From an uncultured virus (IMG/VR IMGVR_UViG_3300028107_000045) (Duplodnaviria > Heunggongvirae > Uroviricota > Caudoviricetes), in IMG/VR virus record IMGVR_UViG_3300028107_000045: a DNA stretch of 64,000 nt, one strand, 5' to 3'. Numbering within the stretch: position 1 is the stretch's first letter; the number at the start of each line of letters is the position of its first letter. The position numbers and the translations under genes were made by a program. Below, piece by piece: positions 19,676 through 29,534 of the stretch. The notes below the pieces were generated by a model that worked only from the letters and a program-made list of their open reading frames with translations, was not told the DNA's origin and searched no databases.

Positions 19676-22576
19676 ATGCTTACATTTGACGAAGCACAAC
19701 CGTTCAGCGAAGACCCCAACCCCCGGTTCGGTGGGGTCATCGAGAAAATGAACGAACTCACGTTTTTCGTGGAGGAGAAAACCAAAAACTTCTCCGGCGA
19801 CACCAGTGCTAAGTTACAAGGCTTTACCGATGCACTGAACTCGTTCATCCAGGAAGTAGTAGTGCCAATGGATGAACACATCAACGCACGTGGTCCTGTG
19901 CATGGCGAAAACAAAGCCACCGTAGGGCTTGGGAATAAGGATAACTTCCCTGCAGCCACCTTAGCACAACAGTTGGCCTTCGCTGACGTAGATGCCTTTG
20001 TAACGGTGCAGGGCGCCAAGCAGGCAGTAACCGAGAACACCGGTACTTACGACAAAACGGCTTACCAACAGAACGACGTGTTGCAGATGTCGTCCTACTA
20101 CTACCAAAACAACTACCCTACTGCACTGCCCAGTACGGTAGAGATCCCTCGGTATTTCACCAAGGCAGAAACCAACGATATTTACCCAAGTATCATGCTA
20201 GATTCGGATCGCTTGTTGTTCACCACCGTAAGAAGTTCGCCTAACTACTTGCGCAATACGTATTTCCTCAGCGGCCCTACTCGAGCATTCGATAAGGTCC
20301 CCATGACGGAGATCCGGAACATCAGTTCTACCTACCGTCCACGCGGGTGGCGTTCTTCGTGCGCCCCTAGTACTAGCCGTACAGTCAACTTTTTCCGTCC
20401 GCTCCAGGATAAGAAGATTTTTGACTACAAGAACCAGACAACTGGATTGGCAGGCGCGGATACCATCGCCTACCTGCTGTTCCGTGGTTATGCTGGCGCT
20501 GCGTATAAAGGGCTAGGGGTTTCCATTAGTCGAACCGGGAACATCGTTACCGTTCAACCACGGTTTTTCAAGGTCAATACTCCGGACACTGATCCAACGC
20601 TGGTGGACTTGTTGGATAACACTTACATGGCATCGGTTAAGCCATTTGTGGGTGCGGCAGTTAACCAACCAGCCAACGATCCTTTCACAATAGACATCGG
20701 TCAGTTTATCTCCTTGCCAGCAGGCGCTACATTAACTGGTGGTGGTAACCGTTCCACTGACAACATCTCGTTGGTGTGGAACATCCAGGACGGCGAAGCT
20801 TACCTGTTCATGGCTATCGGTTGCTACGTGCGGTATTCAGACGCAACACTCAAATACCTCACCTTGAACTTTATCGTTTCGATTATCCCTGGTACGTTAC
20901 GTGCTGGTGGTAAAGCAGCGATCAGTATTGTTTCTGAGGCCCCGCCGGATGTAATCCCTGCTGACAAGTCTGATCCAGTAGGTGCTGCGTTCTTTACGGT
21001 AAGTGATCAGTGGGATGTCAACTCTACTGTGCACTCGCCAGGGATGATCTTGGATGACGGGACTGTAATTAAGTCCAAAACTACCAAGTACAGCCTCAAG
21101 GTGAAGAAATACGAGTCGTCGTTTGCTAACCACTTGGAGTGGATGGTAGGTCCACGCCCGCGGGTACCAATGAACCAAGCGACACTGACTACCTACGTAC
21201 CAGGTCGTCACAGTCCGTTTACGTCGTTGCCCGATCGGATTATCCCTATCTCGCAAGTAGCAGCAAAGACCATGTACTTGGTATACGGTCTGAACATGCA
21301 AACTGCACAGTACGGATGGAAAGAGATCTCTTGGGCTACCAACAACCTGATGGGTAACGTTATCGACACTAAGACTGGTCTTAAACAGCCAGAAGAAGTG
21401 ACGACTAACAATAACCTCAAGTTTTTCCCAAGCGGTATTGTGAGTTACACCACTACGACACTCAACTCCGTGTCGAACACCCCGCTGGTGTTCACTGAGA
21501 CGAATGGCTACAAATCCGTGAGCAGTTTCACCTACGCCGACGGTGTGCTTATCTTGGGTGACCCAGTACAGCTTAGCAAGGCCAGTCAGATCAAGATCAA
21601 AGGGTTACTCCCTGCGTTCTTGGAGCGTACTCGTACGCGTCGCCCGACTATCAACAACAGTCTGCGTAAGCCTTCGTTTGCTGTGTATGTACTGCCAGCT
21701 AACAACAAGGCTCTGTACATCCTCTCGGATGGTCTGGGTTCGGTTGAGGGCGGTATTGTCAACTATACCAACGTCAACGGGATTGTTACGTTGAATTTCA
21801 GCAGTGGTATGAAACTGGTTACAGCACTATTGGGTGACGCTACTGCGGTACCGGGGCTGTCCCGTGAGTCGAAGTCTGGGGATAACTTGACATCTGAGTT
21901 CTCCGACATGTTGATTCATCGTACAGCCACCAACAACTATGCAGTGGTGATCAACCGTCCGTTTGGTAAACTGTATGGTGACATCAGCTTTACCATTACC
22001 GGTCTAAACGCCGCTGTGCCTGAGATTGCCATGGTTGCTGTTAACCCAGCACGGCTGTACCCTGGTAGCTCGGCTATTGACGTAGTGGATGAGTTGTACC
22101 CTGCGTTCAATATCCCTGGTAAAGGCATCTGGCAGTATGATCCGGTAAACGCTACGGATTTCAGTACGCTGTGCACTAACGTCGCTAACCCTGCTGACCA
22201 GATCGATCCGTTCGATCCAAATGACGTGGGGTTTGTGATAGTTCCGTCGGGTACCAAAGTGGTGATCAACGGGCGGTCGTTTGCAACTGACCGTAGTTAC
22301 GAGATCCAAGTGGACCCTACACTCACTTACTATTTGTACCTTATCCGTACCGGCATGAAGTTCATTGCGAACGCATCGCTTACACTGCGGGAATCGTCCA
22401 ACAACGAAGTGATGATCGGGACTATCAAGAACGGACTATGGGAAGCCAACACTAGTTACATCGTGTTGAACAACCATGTAATCAGCGCTACTCGTCAGGG
22501 TGGTGCGATTCCGTTCTTCACCGACGACGGTGCAAACGGTACCAACAAGTTCTTCACGCAACGCGACCGCATTTAA
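19676..22576 (+). CDS. Tail fibre-like protein 4 (divergent gp131-family member)
   Basis: ATG 19676 after CAGGAG RBS; VHGENKATVGLGNKDNF motif; C-terminal TRQGGAIP shared with the paralogues. Confidence 0.65.
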   Translation: MLTFDEAQPFSEDPNPRFGGVIEKMNELTFFVEEKTKNFSGDTSAKLQGFTDALNSFIQEVVVPMDEHINARGPVHGENKATVGLGNKDNFPAATLAQQLAFADVDAFVTVQGAKQAVTENTGTYDKTAYQQNDVLQMSSYYYQNNYPTALPSTVEIPRYFTKAETNDIYPSIMLDSDRLLFTTVRSSPNYLRNTYFLSGPTRAFDKVPMTEIRNISSTYRPRGWRSSCAPSTSRTVNFFRPLQDKKIFDYKNQTTGLAGADTIAYLLFRGYAGAAYKGLGVSISRTGNIVTVQPRFFKVNTPDTDPTLVDLLDNTYMASVKPFVGAAVNQPANDPFTIDIGQFISLPAGATLTGGGNRSTDNISLVWNIQDGEAYLFMAIGCYVRYSDATLKYLTLNFIVSIIPGTLRAGGKAAISIVSEAPPDVIPADKSDPVGAAFFTVSDQWDVNSTVHSPGMILDDGTVIKSKTTKYSLKVKKYESSFANHLEWMVGPRPRVPMNQATLTTYVPGRHSPFTSLPDRIIPISQVAAKTMYLVYGLNMQTAQYGWKEISWATNNLMGNVIDTKTGLKQPEEVTTNNNLKFFPSGIVSYTTTTLNSVSNTPLVFTETNGYKSVSSFTYADGVLILGDPVQLSKASQIKIKGLLPAFLERTRTRRPTINNSLRKPSFAVYVLPANNKALYILSDGLGSVEGGIVNYTNVNGIVTLNFSSGMKLVTALLGDATAVPGLSRESKSGDNLTSEFSDMLIHRTATNNYAVVINRPFGKLYGDISFTITGLNAAVPEIAMVAVNPARLYPGSSAIDVVDELYPAFNIPGKGIWQYDPVNATDFSTLCTNVANPADQIDPFDPNDVGFVIVPSGTKVVINGRSFATDRSYEIQVDPTLTYYLYLIRTGMKFIANASLTLRESSNNEVMIGTIKNGLWEANTSYIVLNNHVISATRQGGAIPFFTDDGANGTNKFFTQRDRI

Positions 22577-22584
22577 ACCCCAGT

Positions 22585-22619
22585 ACTACTCCTACCGGCT
22601 TTACGCCGGTAGGAGTAGT
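22585..22619. terminator. Bidirectional hairpin terminator
   Basis: 15-bp inverted repeat ACTACTCCTACCGGC / GCCGGTAGGAGTAGT between convergent genes. Confidence 0.8.
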
Positions 22620-22629
22620 TAAGGATATA

Positions 22630-23628
22630 TCAGCTAGGCAAAGGTACACTGGTAGTATCTTCACCGCCACGCACACCACCGTGCAAGTGCAGGTTAAGAC
22701 TAACCGTCATAGTACGTACATCAGTGAAGCCCCATACGAAGCCAGAGGTATACGAGTTACCAGTACGACGAGTGTCACCTTCTTGTTGGTAGAAGCCTAC
22801 TTGTTCGTAGTTACCAGTCAAATCCCAGTTACCGATCTGACTAGTGTCACCAGTACGTTCAACTTTGCCTTTCCACCGAGTGAGACCGATATCGATGTTG
22901 GCTTCCTCAGCCTGGATATTGATCTGTTTGGTTTTCAGATTGAACGTATTATCTGCAAAGATAGACAGTTTGTCTGGCAGGTATAACGTACCCTCTTTCT
23001 TTTCAATGCGAAGTAACGCACCTTCTTCGTTGGTATACGTGAACGAGTGGTCTACGTCGTTCAGGTTTAGCATGCTGTGGTTTTTGGCACCAATCGTAAT
23101 GGTACCATCTTTGGTGTTGATCTGGATGTCAAACTTGGAGGCTTCACCATTGCGTTCGCTAGTGCGGAACTGGACGAGCCCACTGCGGGTATCTATCGCG
23201 AAGATATAGAAGTTGTCTACATCGTAATCACCGTTCTCTTCGACCTCAGGGTTGGCGTTCCAACCATACATCACCGTCTCCATACGGAGTGTATTAGGGT
23301 TAACCCCATCCAGTGTCCAGTAGTACTGGTTCTGGCCAGCAATGTGGTAAATAGCTACCGGGGTGCCCTCCCGTACGTCAGGAGAACTGATCCGGTTAGA
23401 GTCGTCCATTTTCTTCCAGACAGCAGGAATACTGTTGGACTTTAAAGTGACACTGCGGACTTCTTCATTATAGGCGTTCTTACTTACCCGTTCAACTTGT
23501 TCCGCATTCGCCGACATACGGCCTTCTGCTTGCGGGAAAAGGAATGGACAGTAAACCATGATTTCATCGCTATCGGTTTCCTTGGTGGCGGTTACTGTAC
23601 CCACCCCAAGGAACTGCAGTAAACTCAT
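22630..23628 (-). CDS. Baseplate central spike (gpV / phiKZ gp164-like)
   Basis: OB-fold-like N-terminus, beta-helix-like repeats, C-terminal HxH apex motif (LNLHLHGGVRGG). Confidence 0.75.
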   Translation of the reverse strand: MSLLQFLGVGTVTATKETDSDEIMVYCPFLFPQAEGRMSANAEQVERVSKNAYNEEVRSVTLKSNSIPAVWKKMDDSNRISSPDVREGTPVAIYHIAGQNQYYWTLDGVNPNTLRMETVMYGWNANPEVEENGDYDVDNFYIFAIDTRSGLVQFRTSERNGEASKFDIQINTKDGTITIGAKNHSMLNLNDVDHSFTYTNEEGALLRIEKKEGTLYLPDKLSIFADNTFNLKTKQINIQAEEANIDIGLTRWKGKVERTGDTSQIGNWDLTGNYEQVGFYQQEGDTRRTGNSYTSGFVWGFTDVRTMTVSLNLHLHGGVRGGEDTTSVPLPS

Positions 23629-23675
23629 ACTAGTAGCCCCATACTTTAGTGGACAAATGTCAAGGAATCTATACC

Positions 23676-26144
23676 ATGCTTGGTAGGTTGATCTTAGAGA
23701 ACTATATCCCGTTATTGTCCAGCGGGATTACGAGTGTTGACATGGATCTGCAGTCCATGATTAACCTCTTTATTGCGCCTAATGGCGTGGGGAAAAGTAG
23801 TATCTTGCGGGAACTCAACTTCCAACCGGCTGAGAACGGTAACTACCGTAACGGCCGTAAGTATGTTGAATGGCACGCAAACAAGAAAGTGTATAAACTG
23901 GATTCCCGTACTGGTGTAGGTAATGGACACAGCTTCCGTATTGATGACGGCCCTGAGCTAAACACAGGTGGTACGTTCAGTGCACAGAAAGAACTCGTGT
24001 ATAACCACCTGGGTAAAGCTGACGCTGCTTTAATACGTGTGCTCAATGGTTTGAAGATTACCGATCGCATGTCGGCCATGTCTCCTAACCGGCGTAAGGA
24101 ACTTATCCTCCAGATTTATCCAAACGATACCGAGTATGCACTGGGAGTTTACCAGAAGCTCCGACAAGAACGGAACGACCTCAAGTCCACGATCAAGAAA
24201 CAGATCGAACGACACACGGAAGAAAACCGTAAACTCACTACCTTGAACAACTGTGGGGTGGATGAGCTCGAGCGTCGTATCAAGCAGATTGACACGGACT
24301 TACAAACCAGTCTGCTATTGCGTGGTGGGTTGGCTGCTGCTGTACTGGATCCTGAGCTACAGGTAAAGAACGCCAAACACAACCTGTTGGTTACCAAGTT
24401 AACAGTAAACAACATGAGTGGGGTGCAGTTCAGTAAGGAAGAACTCGAGCAAGCACATCTGACCGCTGAGGGTTTCCTTACCAAGTACCAAGATCAGGTT
24501 AACATGATCAAAGGTTCGATCGCAGAGAACGCGAGCTTCTTGGAGGGTATGGATGATCTCATCAAGAACCCAGGTGCCATTGAGGAACAAGCCAAAGACC
24601 TCGGCGAGGATTTGGCACGGACCGAAACCAGCATGGCTAACTTCAAAGCAGTACTGGCAACTCAACCGGTGTTTAGTGACGAGGAAATGGTTCTTACGGG
24701 ACTGGAGTATGTAGCGGATGAATTCCGTGAGTACCTAAGCCGTGTAGTGATCGCCTCAGATCCAGACATTACTAGTGCAGCTTATAAACAGTACTTGGTG
24801 GACAGTGAACAGATCGCTAACCACTTGCGGACGCTACGCGGTAACCTTGAGCAGATGGAACACAAGCTCAAGCATTACCAGAATGCTAGTGATGTTGAGT
24901 GTCCTGACTGCACGCATACGTTCAAGGTGGGGATCTCTCCTAAAGATATCACCATGTTGCAGGCTAGTATCGAAGGTACCAAAGAACGCATTGCCAAAGG
25001 CGAGCTAAAGCAAGCCAAGCTACTGGAACTAATCGAGCAGGACTCCGAGTGGTTTAACTCGATGAACCAGTTGTACAACTTTGTACGGGCTAATGGTAAT
25101 GTGCGGTGCCTTACGGAACTGGTGCGTGAGTACGGTATAGGTCGTTTGCCCCATGGCCCCCTCTGTAACGCTCTGTTAGCCTACGGCGGGCTTACTGCGG
25201 TAGTTGCTTATAGACAGACCCTGTTCGATCAGAAAGCGCTTGTAGATGGCCGGTTGGAGCTTATAAGCAAGAACAACGTTTTGGATATCGCTAACCACGT
25301 ATTGGACCTCGAGCGACAGCTCCTGAGCGCCACTGGTAGAGTGAACTTCTACAAGCGTAAGGTCCATCTGTACGCCACTGAGCTCCAGGCAATCGCTGAC
25401 TATGAGAAAGACCTGGCAGAGCTGAACATGCTCCGCACGGATTTGATCAAGTCGATAGCTAACAAGGCCAATGTAAGTCTGCGTGACTTAGTAGACTCGT
25501 GGATTAGTGAACTGTCTAGCGACAAAGACGCCTGCCTCACGTCCATCATTAATGCCAAGTCCTTAACTGCCGTAGTGGAGTCCATCACTGCTGATATCAA
25601 CCGCATGCGTCATCGACTAAAGATCGTCGAGGTGCTGCAAGACGGTTTGTGCCCTAACAAGGGGATCATCGGTAAACTGATGAGTGACTTCATTAATACG
25701 CTGTGTGGTAATGTCAACGCAGTTATTAAGCAGATCTGGAACACCACGTTGTATGTAAAGCCGTGCAGTAAAGAGAACGGGGATCTCAACTACAAGTTCC
25801 CGGTCGTTACAGGTGAGGCGGATCCAACGCCAGACATCCTGGACTGCTCGGCAGGGGAAACCGATGTAATCGACTGGGCGTTCCGCTTTGTGTTCGGTGA
25901 TTACGTAGGCTTTACCCCACCGTTGATTATGGATGAGGTCGGTGTGTCGTTTGACGAGATCAAACGCGGGCGGTTCTTTAACTTCATCCAAGAGTATACC
26001 CAGGGTAAGAACCCTCGGCAGCTGTTCATGGTATCGCACTACTTCGGTCAGTACGGGATTCTCAAGAACCCCAACATCATTGCCTTCAAATACGAAGGAC
26101 TCACAATGCCTGGTGAACCTAACCGCAATGCTGTCATCGTGTAA
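23676..26144 (+). CDS. sbcC: SbcC/Rad50-like SMC-family ATPase
   Basis: Walker A APNGVGKS, coiled coils, central CPDC zinc hook, signature CSAGE, Walker B LIMDE, H-loop VSH. Confidence 0.85.
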   Translation: MLGRLILENYIPLLSSGITSVDMDLQSMINLFIAPNGVGKSSILRELNFQPAENGNYRNGRKYVEWHANKKVYKLDSRTGVGNGHSFRIDDGPELNTGGTFSAQKELVYNHLGKADAALIRVLNGLKITDRMSAMSPNRRKELILQIYPNDTEYALGVYQKLRQERNDLKSTIKKQIERHTEENRKLTTLNNCGVDELERRIKQIDTDLQTSLLLRGGLAAAVLDPELQVKNAKHNLLVTKLTVNNMSGVQFSKEELEQAHLTAEGFLTKYQDQVNMIKGSIAENASFLEGMDDLIKNPGAIEEQAKDLGEDLARTETSMANFKAVLATQPVFSDEEMVLTGLEYVADEFREYLSRVVIASDPDITSAAYKQYLVDSEQIANHLRTLRGNLEQMEHKLKHYQNASDVECPDCTHTFKVGISPKDITMLQASIEGTKERIAKGELKQAKLLELIEQDSEWFNSMNQLYNFVRANGNVRCLTELVREYGIGRLPHGPLCNALLAYGGLTAVVAYRQTLFDQKALVDGRLELISKNNVLDIANHVLDLERQLLSATGRVNFYKRKVHLYATELQAIADYEKDLAELNMLRTDLIKSIANKANVSLRDLVDSWISELSSDKDACLTSIINAKSLTAVVESITADINRMRHRLKIVEVLQDGLCPNKGIIGKLMSDFINTLCGNVNAVIKQIWNTTLYVKPCSKENGDLNYKFPVVTGEADPTPDILDCSAGETDVIDWAFRFVFGDYVGFTPPLIMDEVGVSFDEIKRGRFFNFIQEYTQGKNPRQLFMVSHYFGQYGILKNPNIIAFKYEGLTMPGEPNRNAVIV

Positions 26145-26150
26145 AGGGAT

Positions 26151-26176
26151 TATAAACCTATATTACCTTGACGTAT
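26151..26176 (+). promoter_or_regulatory. Phage early promoter (TATATTAC type)
   Basis: TATAAACCTATATTACCTTGACGTAT; contains the phiKZ early core TATATTAC; four related intergenic copies in the window. Confidence 0.75.
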
Positions 26177-26250
26177 CCCTGCTAGGTTTAACGGGCCAGC
26201 CATCTTCTAGGTAGCCAGCCTTAATGTACAACTTACAGGGAATTATTCCA

Positions 26251-26523
26251 ATGCAAATGCCAGTTCGTGTGAACCAGGATGCTACTGGTGTGCTTACTCC
26301 GTCGTTCGGCGGTACCGGTACTGCATATATCACAATACAACAAGGTGATGGCCCTAAAACCGCCATCATCAACTTCTTTGGGATTAACCAGGCAATGGTT
26401 TCTTTCTGCTCTTTGGGCTTGAAAGGCCTCAACTATACCTGCCTTAATCCGCAAGTAACCTCGACGGATATGCAGTCAATCGAAAACATCATTCGTCATA
26501 TGAACGAAAACATGTTGGGGTAA
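26251..26523 (+). CDS. Hypothetical protein (alternative start 26224)
   Basis: First ORF after the early promoter; AGGGA RBS; TAATG coupling to the next gene. Confidence 0.65.
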   Translation: MQMPVRVNQDATGVLTPSFGGTGTAYITIQQGDGPKTAIINFFGINQAMVSFCSLGLKGLNYTCLNPQVTSTDMQSIENIIRHMNENMLG

Positions 26524-27014
26524 TGTGTATGAGCCTAGATCGTGATGCTGTTGTACGTCGTTACAAACAACTCTGTGTCGAAATGGGGTTGGAGTACAAA
26601 GACGTAATTCTGAGTGCTGGCGCTGCAATGGTCTTGATGGGTGTGCGCAAACATACCCAAGAGATCGACGTAGACGTACCGGCAGCTTTCTTCAATCAGC
26701 AACGCGTGCGTAAAGGCTTTACCAATGGATTGCTCGGTGAGGCAGTTGCGTGGGACGGCATGGTGGATATCCACCCCCTCCCCGCACACTTCACCGACGG
26801 TGATGTAATGAACTATTTGGGTATATGGATATATAGCCCAAAGACCTTGATGAAACAGAAACGCAAACTGGCTAAACACAAAGACCGTGAGCCACGTAAG
26901 GCGGCACAAGACCGCTGCGACCTCGTCAAGCTTAAAGAGATAATGGATAACGTTAATGACGCTAAACGCCAGTTAGAGAACGCTGGTGTTAGCCTTGTAG
27001 CAACTAAGGTTTAA
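26523..27014 (+). CDS. Minimal nucleotidyltransferase-fold protein A
   Basis: ILSAGAAMVLMGVRKHTQEIDVDV resembles the hhGGxA...GxRxTxDhD NTase motif. Confidence 0.6.
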   Translation: MCMSLDRDAVVRRYKQLCVEMGLEYKDVILSAGAAMVLMGVRKHTQEIDVDVPAAFFNQQRVRKGFTNGLLGEAVAWDGMVDIHPLPAHFTDGDVMNYLGIWIYSPKTLMKQKRKLAKHKDREPRKAAQDRCDLVKLKEIMDNVNDAKRQLENAGVSLVATKV

Positions 27015-27016
27015 CA

Positions 27017-27472
27017 ATGACGCCAATCATTAGCAACACTGAAGTAGCATTGATGGTTACGGGGTTCGCCGAAAAGAACAACATCCCAATGGAGTGCATC
27101 GTGATTGGTGGGGGAGCCAATCTGATGTTGCGGGGATTGCGCACCCATACCAGCGACATTAACATCTGGATTGACGAGGAACACTTCGCTCGTCTGGCAG
27201 AGCAGGAAAAAGTAATTTGTCACCCGCTTGTCGATACTGTGTTCAACCCGAAAGACTTTGAGTACTTCTGGGTTCGTAAACGCAATCATTACTTCAAAGT
27301 GGATGAGTTCGACGGGATTCAGGTGTTCGACGTCCTGACCTGCCTCATCCACAAGCGAGGTGGTATCAATCGAGTAGAACGTCCACTGGCTAAACGTCAG
27401 CAGGACCGACTCGACCTCATTAAACTGGATGCCCTATTCAAGGAAATGCACCCAGTCAGACATACAGCTTGA
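27017..27472 (+). CDS. Minimal nucleotidyltransferase-fold protein B (paralogue of A)
   Basis: VIGGGANLMLRGLRTHTSDINIWI; C-terminal KxxQDRxDLxKL shared with protein A. Confidence 0.6.
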   Translation: MTPIISNTEVALMVTGFAEKNNIPMECIVIGGGANLMLRGLRTHTSDINIWIDEEHFARLAEQEKVICHPLVDTVFNPKDFEYFWVRKRNHYFKVDEFDGIQVFDVLTCLIHKRGGINRVERPLAKRQQDRLDLIKLDALFKEMHPVRHTA

Positions 27473-27477
27473 TTAGT

Positions 27478-27506
27478 ACCTAGTAGACCCAATGGGTCTA
27501 CTAGGT
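27478..27506 (+). terminator. Hairpin terminator
   Basis: ACCTAGTAGACCC-AAT-GGGTCTACTAGGT. Confidence 0.75.
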
Positions 27507-27545
27507 TTAACCTTATAGCTGCTATACGGTTTTTCAGAGGTATTT

Positions 27546-29534
27546 ATGTTAAACAAGAATTCAGTGTTCGTGGAGATGCAGGAGCTCAATAATGAGATCC
27601 TCTACCACGCCGATCTGTATTTCAACAAGGACAATGCAGAGATCCCTAACCACGTCTACGACGATATGGTTAAGCGTTTCGATGAACTCAAGGCTAATAA
27701 CCCTGAGATAGCAGAACTGTTCGAAATCCAGAACAAACCAGTACCGATCCACGAGCCGACTGGCGCTGGGTTGGACGTCGTAACCTTTGACAACCCAATG
27801 CTCAGCTTGAAGAAAGCTTTGTCCATAGAGGAAGTCACGGCGTTTACTGATAAACACCCAGACGAAGAGTGCGTTGACGAGTACAAACTGGACGGTATTG
27901 CACTGTCGTTGTTCTACGAACGGCAGCCAGATACCTGGATGCACCTGAAATCCATTACTACTCGTGGTAGTGGCCTGGAAGGTGAGGACGTTACCCACGC
28001 GCTGCCAATGTTCCAAGAAGGGCAGATCCCTACAGTTATCAAGGTAGAAAATAAAGATATCAAGTCATTTGAAGTACGTGGCGAAGGCTACCTCCCCATC
28101 TACAACTTTGACTCTTATAACGAGATCGCCCCTAAACCGAAAACTACACCACGTAATGCGGCCAGTGGCTTTATCCGAGCGCTGGAAAAGAACCAAGACC
28201 AGAACGCTAAGGGGTTGGTGCACTTCGGCATCTACTGGACTGACACCACGTTTGGTCGTAAGACGTACAAAGAGCTACTCCACTGGTGGCGCCTCATGGG
28301 GTTCCGACTGTCGCCAGAAGCTAGCGAAGACGATTATCGACGGAACCGTTATCTGCGTGAGATACCGGTAGACGGCATCGTCAAGAAACTCAACAGCTTG
28401 GCTAAGTGGGAAGAACTGGGAGTAACCAACAAGTACCCTAACTACGCAATCGCCTACAAGTTCCCTAACGAGGAGAAGGAGACCGAACCTCTTAGCGTAG
28501 ACTGGCAAGTCGGTAAGACTGGGCGTGTGGTGCCGTGTGTTAATTACAAGCCTGTAAGACTGGGCGGGGTAATGTGCGATCGCGCTTCCCTGGACAACAT
28601 CTATCAATTCTTGGCGCTAGAACTCCGTGCGGACTCTATTATCTCAATTTCTCGGAACGGTGATGTTATTCCTCGGTTGCATAGCGTTGTCGATGGTGGA
28701 CACGGGGAGCTCTTTAAAGCTCCTACAGAGTGCCCTAGCTGTGGTTCAGTACTAGAGACACGTACAAGTAAGCTTAGCGCCGATCTCATCTGTAACAACG
28801 TCTCTGAGTGTCCTGCGCAGCTACTGATGCGTTGCGTAGCTCTGGTTGGTAAACGTTGCTTGGATATCGAAGACCTGGGGCCAGTCAAGCTGGGTCAATT
28901 GATCGACTTCGGTATTATTAACGACACATCAGATGTAGTGTCTATATTGAAAGTGTCCCACGTCGGTCAGAAAGTTTATGACCGTATTGAGGCGGCTCGC
29001 AGACAGCCATGGCATATCCTGATTAAAGCATTGGGGTTGCCTGGTGTCGATATTACACGAGCTAAAAAGCTGGCTGATGCATTGCCAGAAGACGTGCGTA
29101 ATGACCGAGCACCTACTACTAATGCTCTGGACTTCCTGAAAGATCCTGAGCAGGTACGTAAGGTTCCTGGGTTCGGTCCTGGGCTGACTCTTAAGATCAC
29201 CTCTGCATTGCGCAGAGAAGCGTTTTGGGAGAATGCCAAGGATTTGCTTAAGTGGCTCAACTGCACACCTTATACCGGCCCTGTATGCGACCTCAAGGGT
29301 GTTATCACAGGGTCTTTGGGTCCTGTCCGTGAAGAACTGATCGAGTACTTTGGTAACCACGGGATCGAACTCGTGGAAGACCTTACCAAAGACTGCCAGT
29401 TCCTACTGAAAGGAGAAAAACCTAGTAAGAGTAAAGTGTTAAAAGCAACCGCGCTGGGTATCCCTATGCTAGAGGGATCTAAGGCTTCCAGCATTGACCA
29501 ACTGATCACCGCCATCAAGGAAATGCAGCAATGA
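27546..29534 (+). CDS. ligA: NAD+-dependent DNA ligase
   Basis: Domain Ia tyrosines (Y..D..EI...YD), KxDG motif EYKLDG, EVRGEG, RNAASG, DGIVKK, AIAYKF, OB fold QVGKTGRV, C4 zinc finger, HhH and BRCT-like tail. Confidence 0.95.
   Translation: MLNKNSVFVEMQELNNEILYHADLYFNKDNAEIPNHVYDDMVKRFDELKANNPEIAELFEIQNKPVPIHEPTGAGLDVVTFDNPMLSLKKALSIEEVTAFTDKHPDEECVDEYKLDGIALSLFYERQPDTWMHLKSITTRGSGLEGEDVTHALPMFQEGQIPTVIKVENKDIKSFEVRGEGYLPIYNFDSYNEIAPKPKTTPRNAASGFIRALEKNQDQNAKGLVHFGIYWTDTTFGRKTYKELLHWWRLMGFRLSPEASEDDYRRNRYLREIPVDGIVKKLNSLAKWEELGVTNKYPNYAIAYKFPNEEKETEPLSVDWQVGKTGRVVPCVNYKPVRLGGVMCDRASLDNIYQFLALELRADSIISISRNGDVIPRLHSVVDGGHGELFKAPTECPSCGSVLETRTSKLSADLICNNVSECPAQLLMRCVALVGKRCLDIEDLGPVKLGQLIDFGIINDTSDVVSILKVSHVGQKVYDRIEAARRQPWHILIKALGLPGVDITRAKKLADALPEDVRNDRAPTTNALDFLKDPEQVRKVPGFGPGLTLKITSALRREAFWENAKDLLKWLNCTPYTGPVCDLKGVITGSLGPVREELIEYFGNHGIELVEDLTKDCQFLLKGEKPSKSKVLKATALGIPMLEGSKASSIDQLITAIKEMQQ

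Noticed and set aside
8753..22576. Diversity-generating retroelement or invertase shufflon acting on the fibre genes
   Set aside because: No reverse transcriptase, recombinase, adenine-specific template/variable repeat pair or inverted cassette seen in the window.
23676..29534. Inteins or introns in sbcC or ligA
   Set aside because: All motifs occur in order at normal overall lengths; no intein terminal motifs or homing endonuclease recognised.
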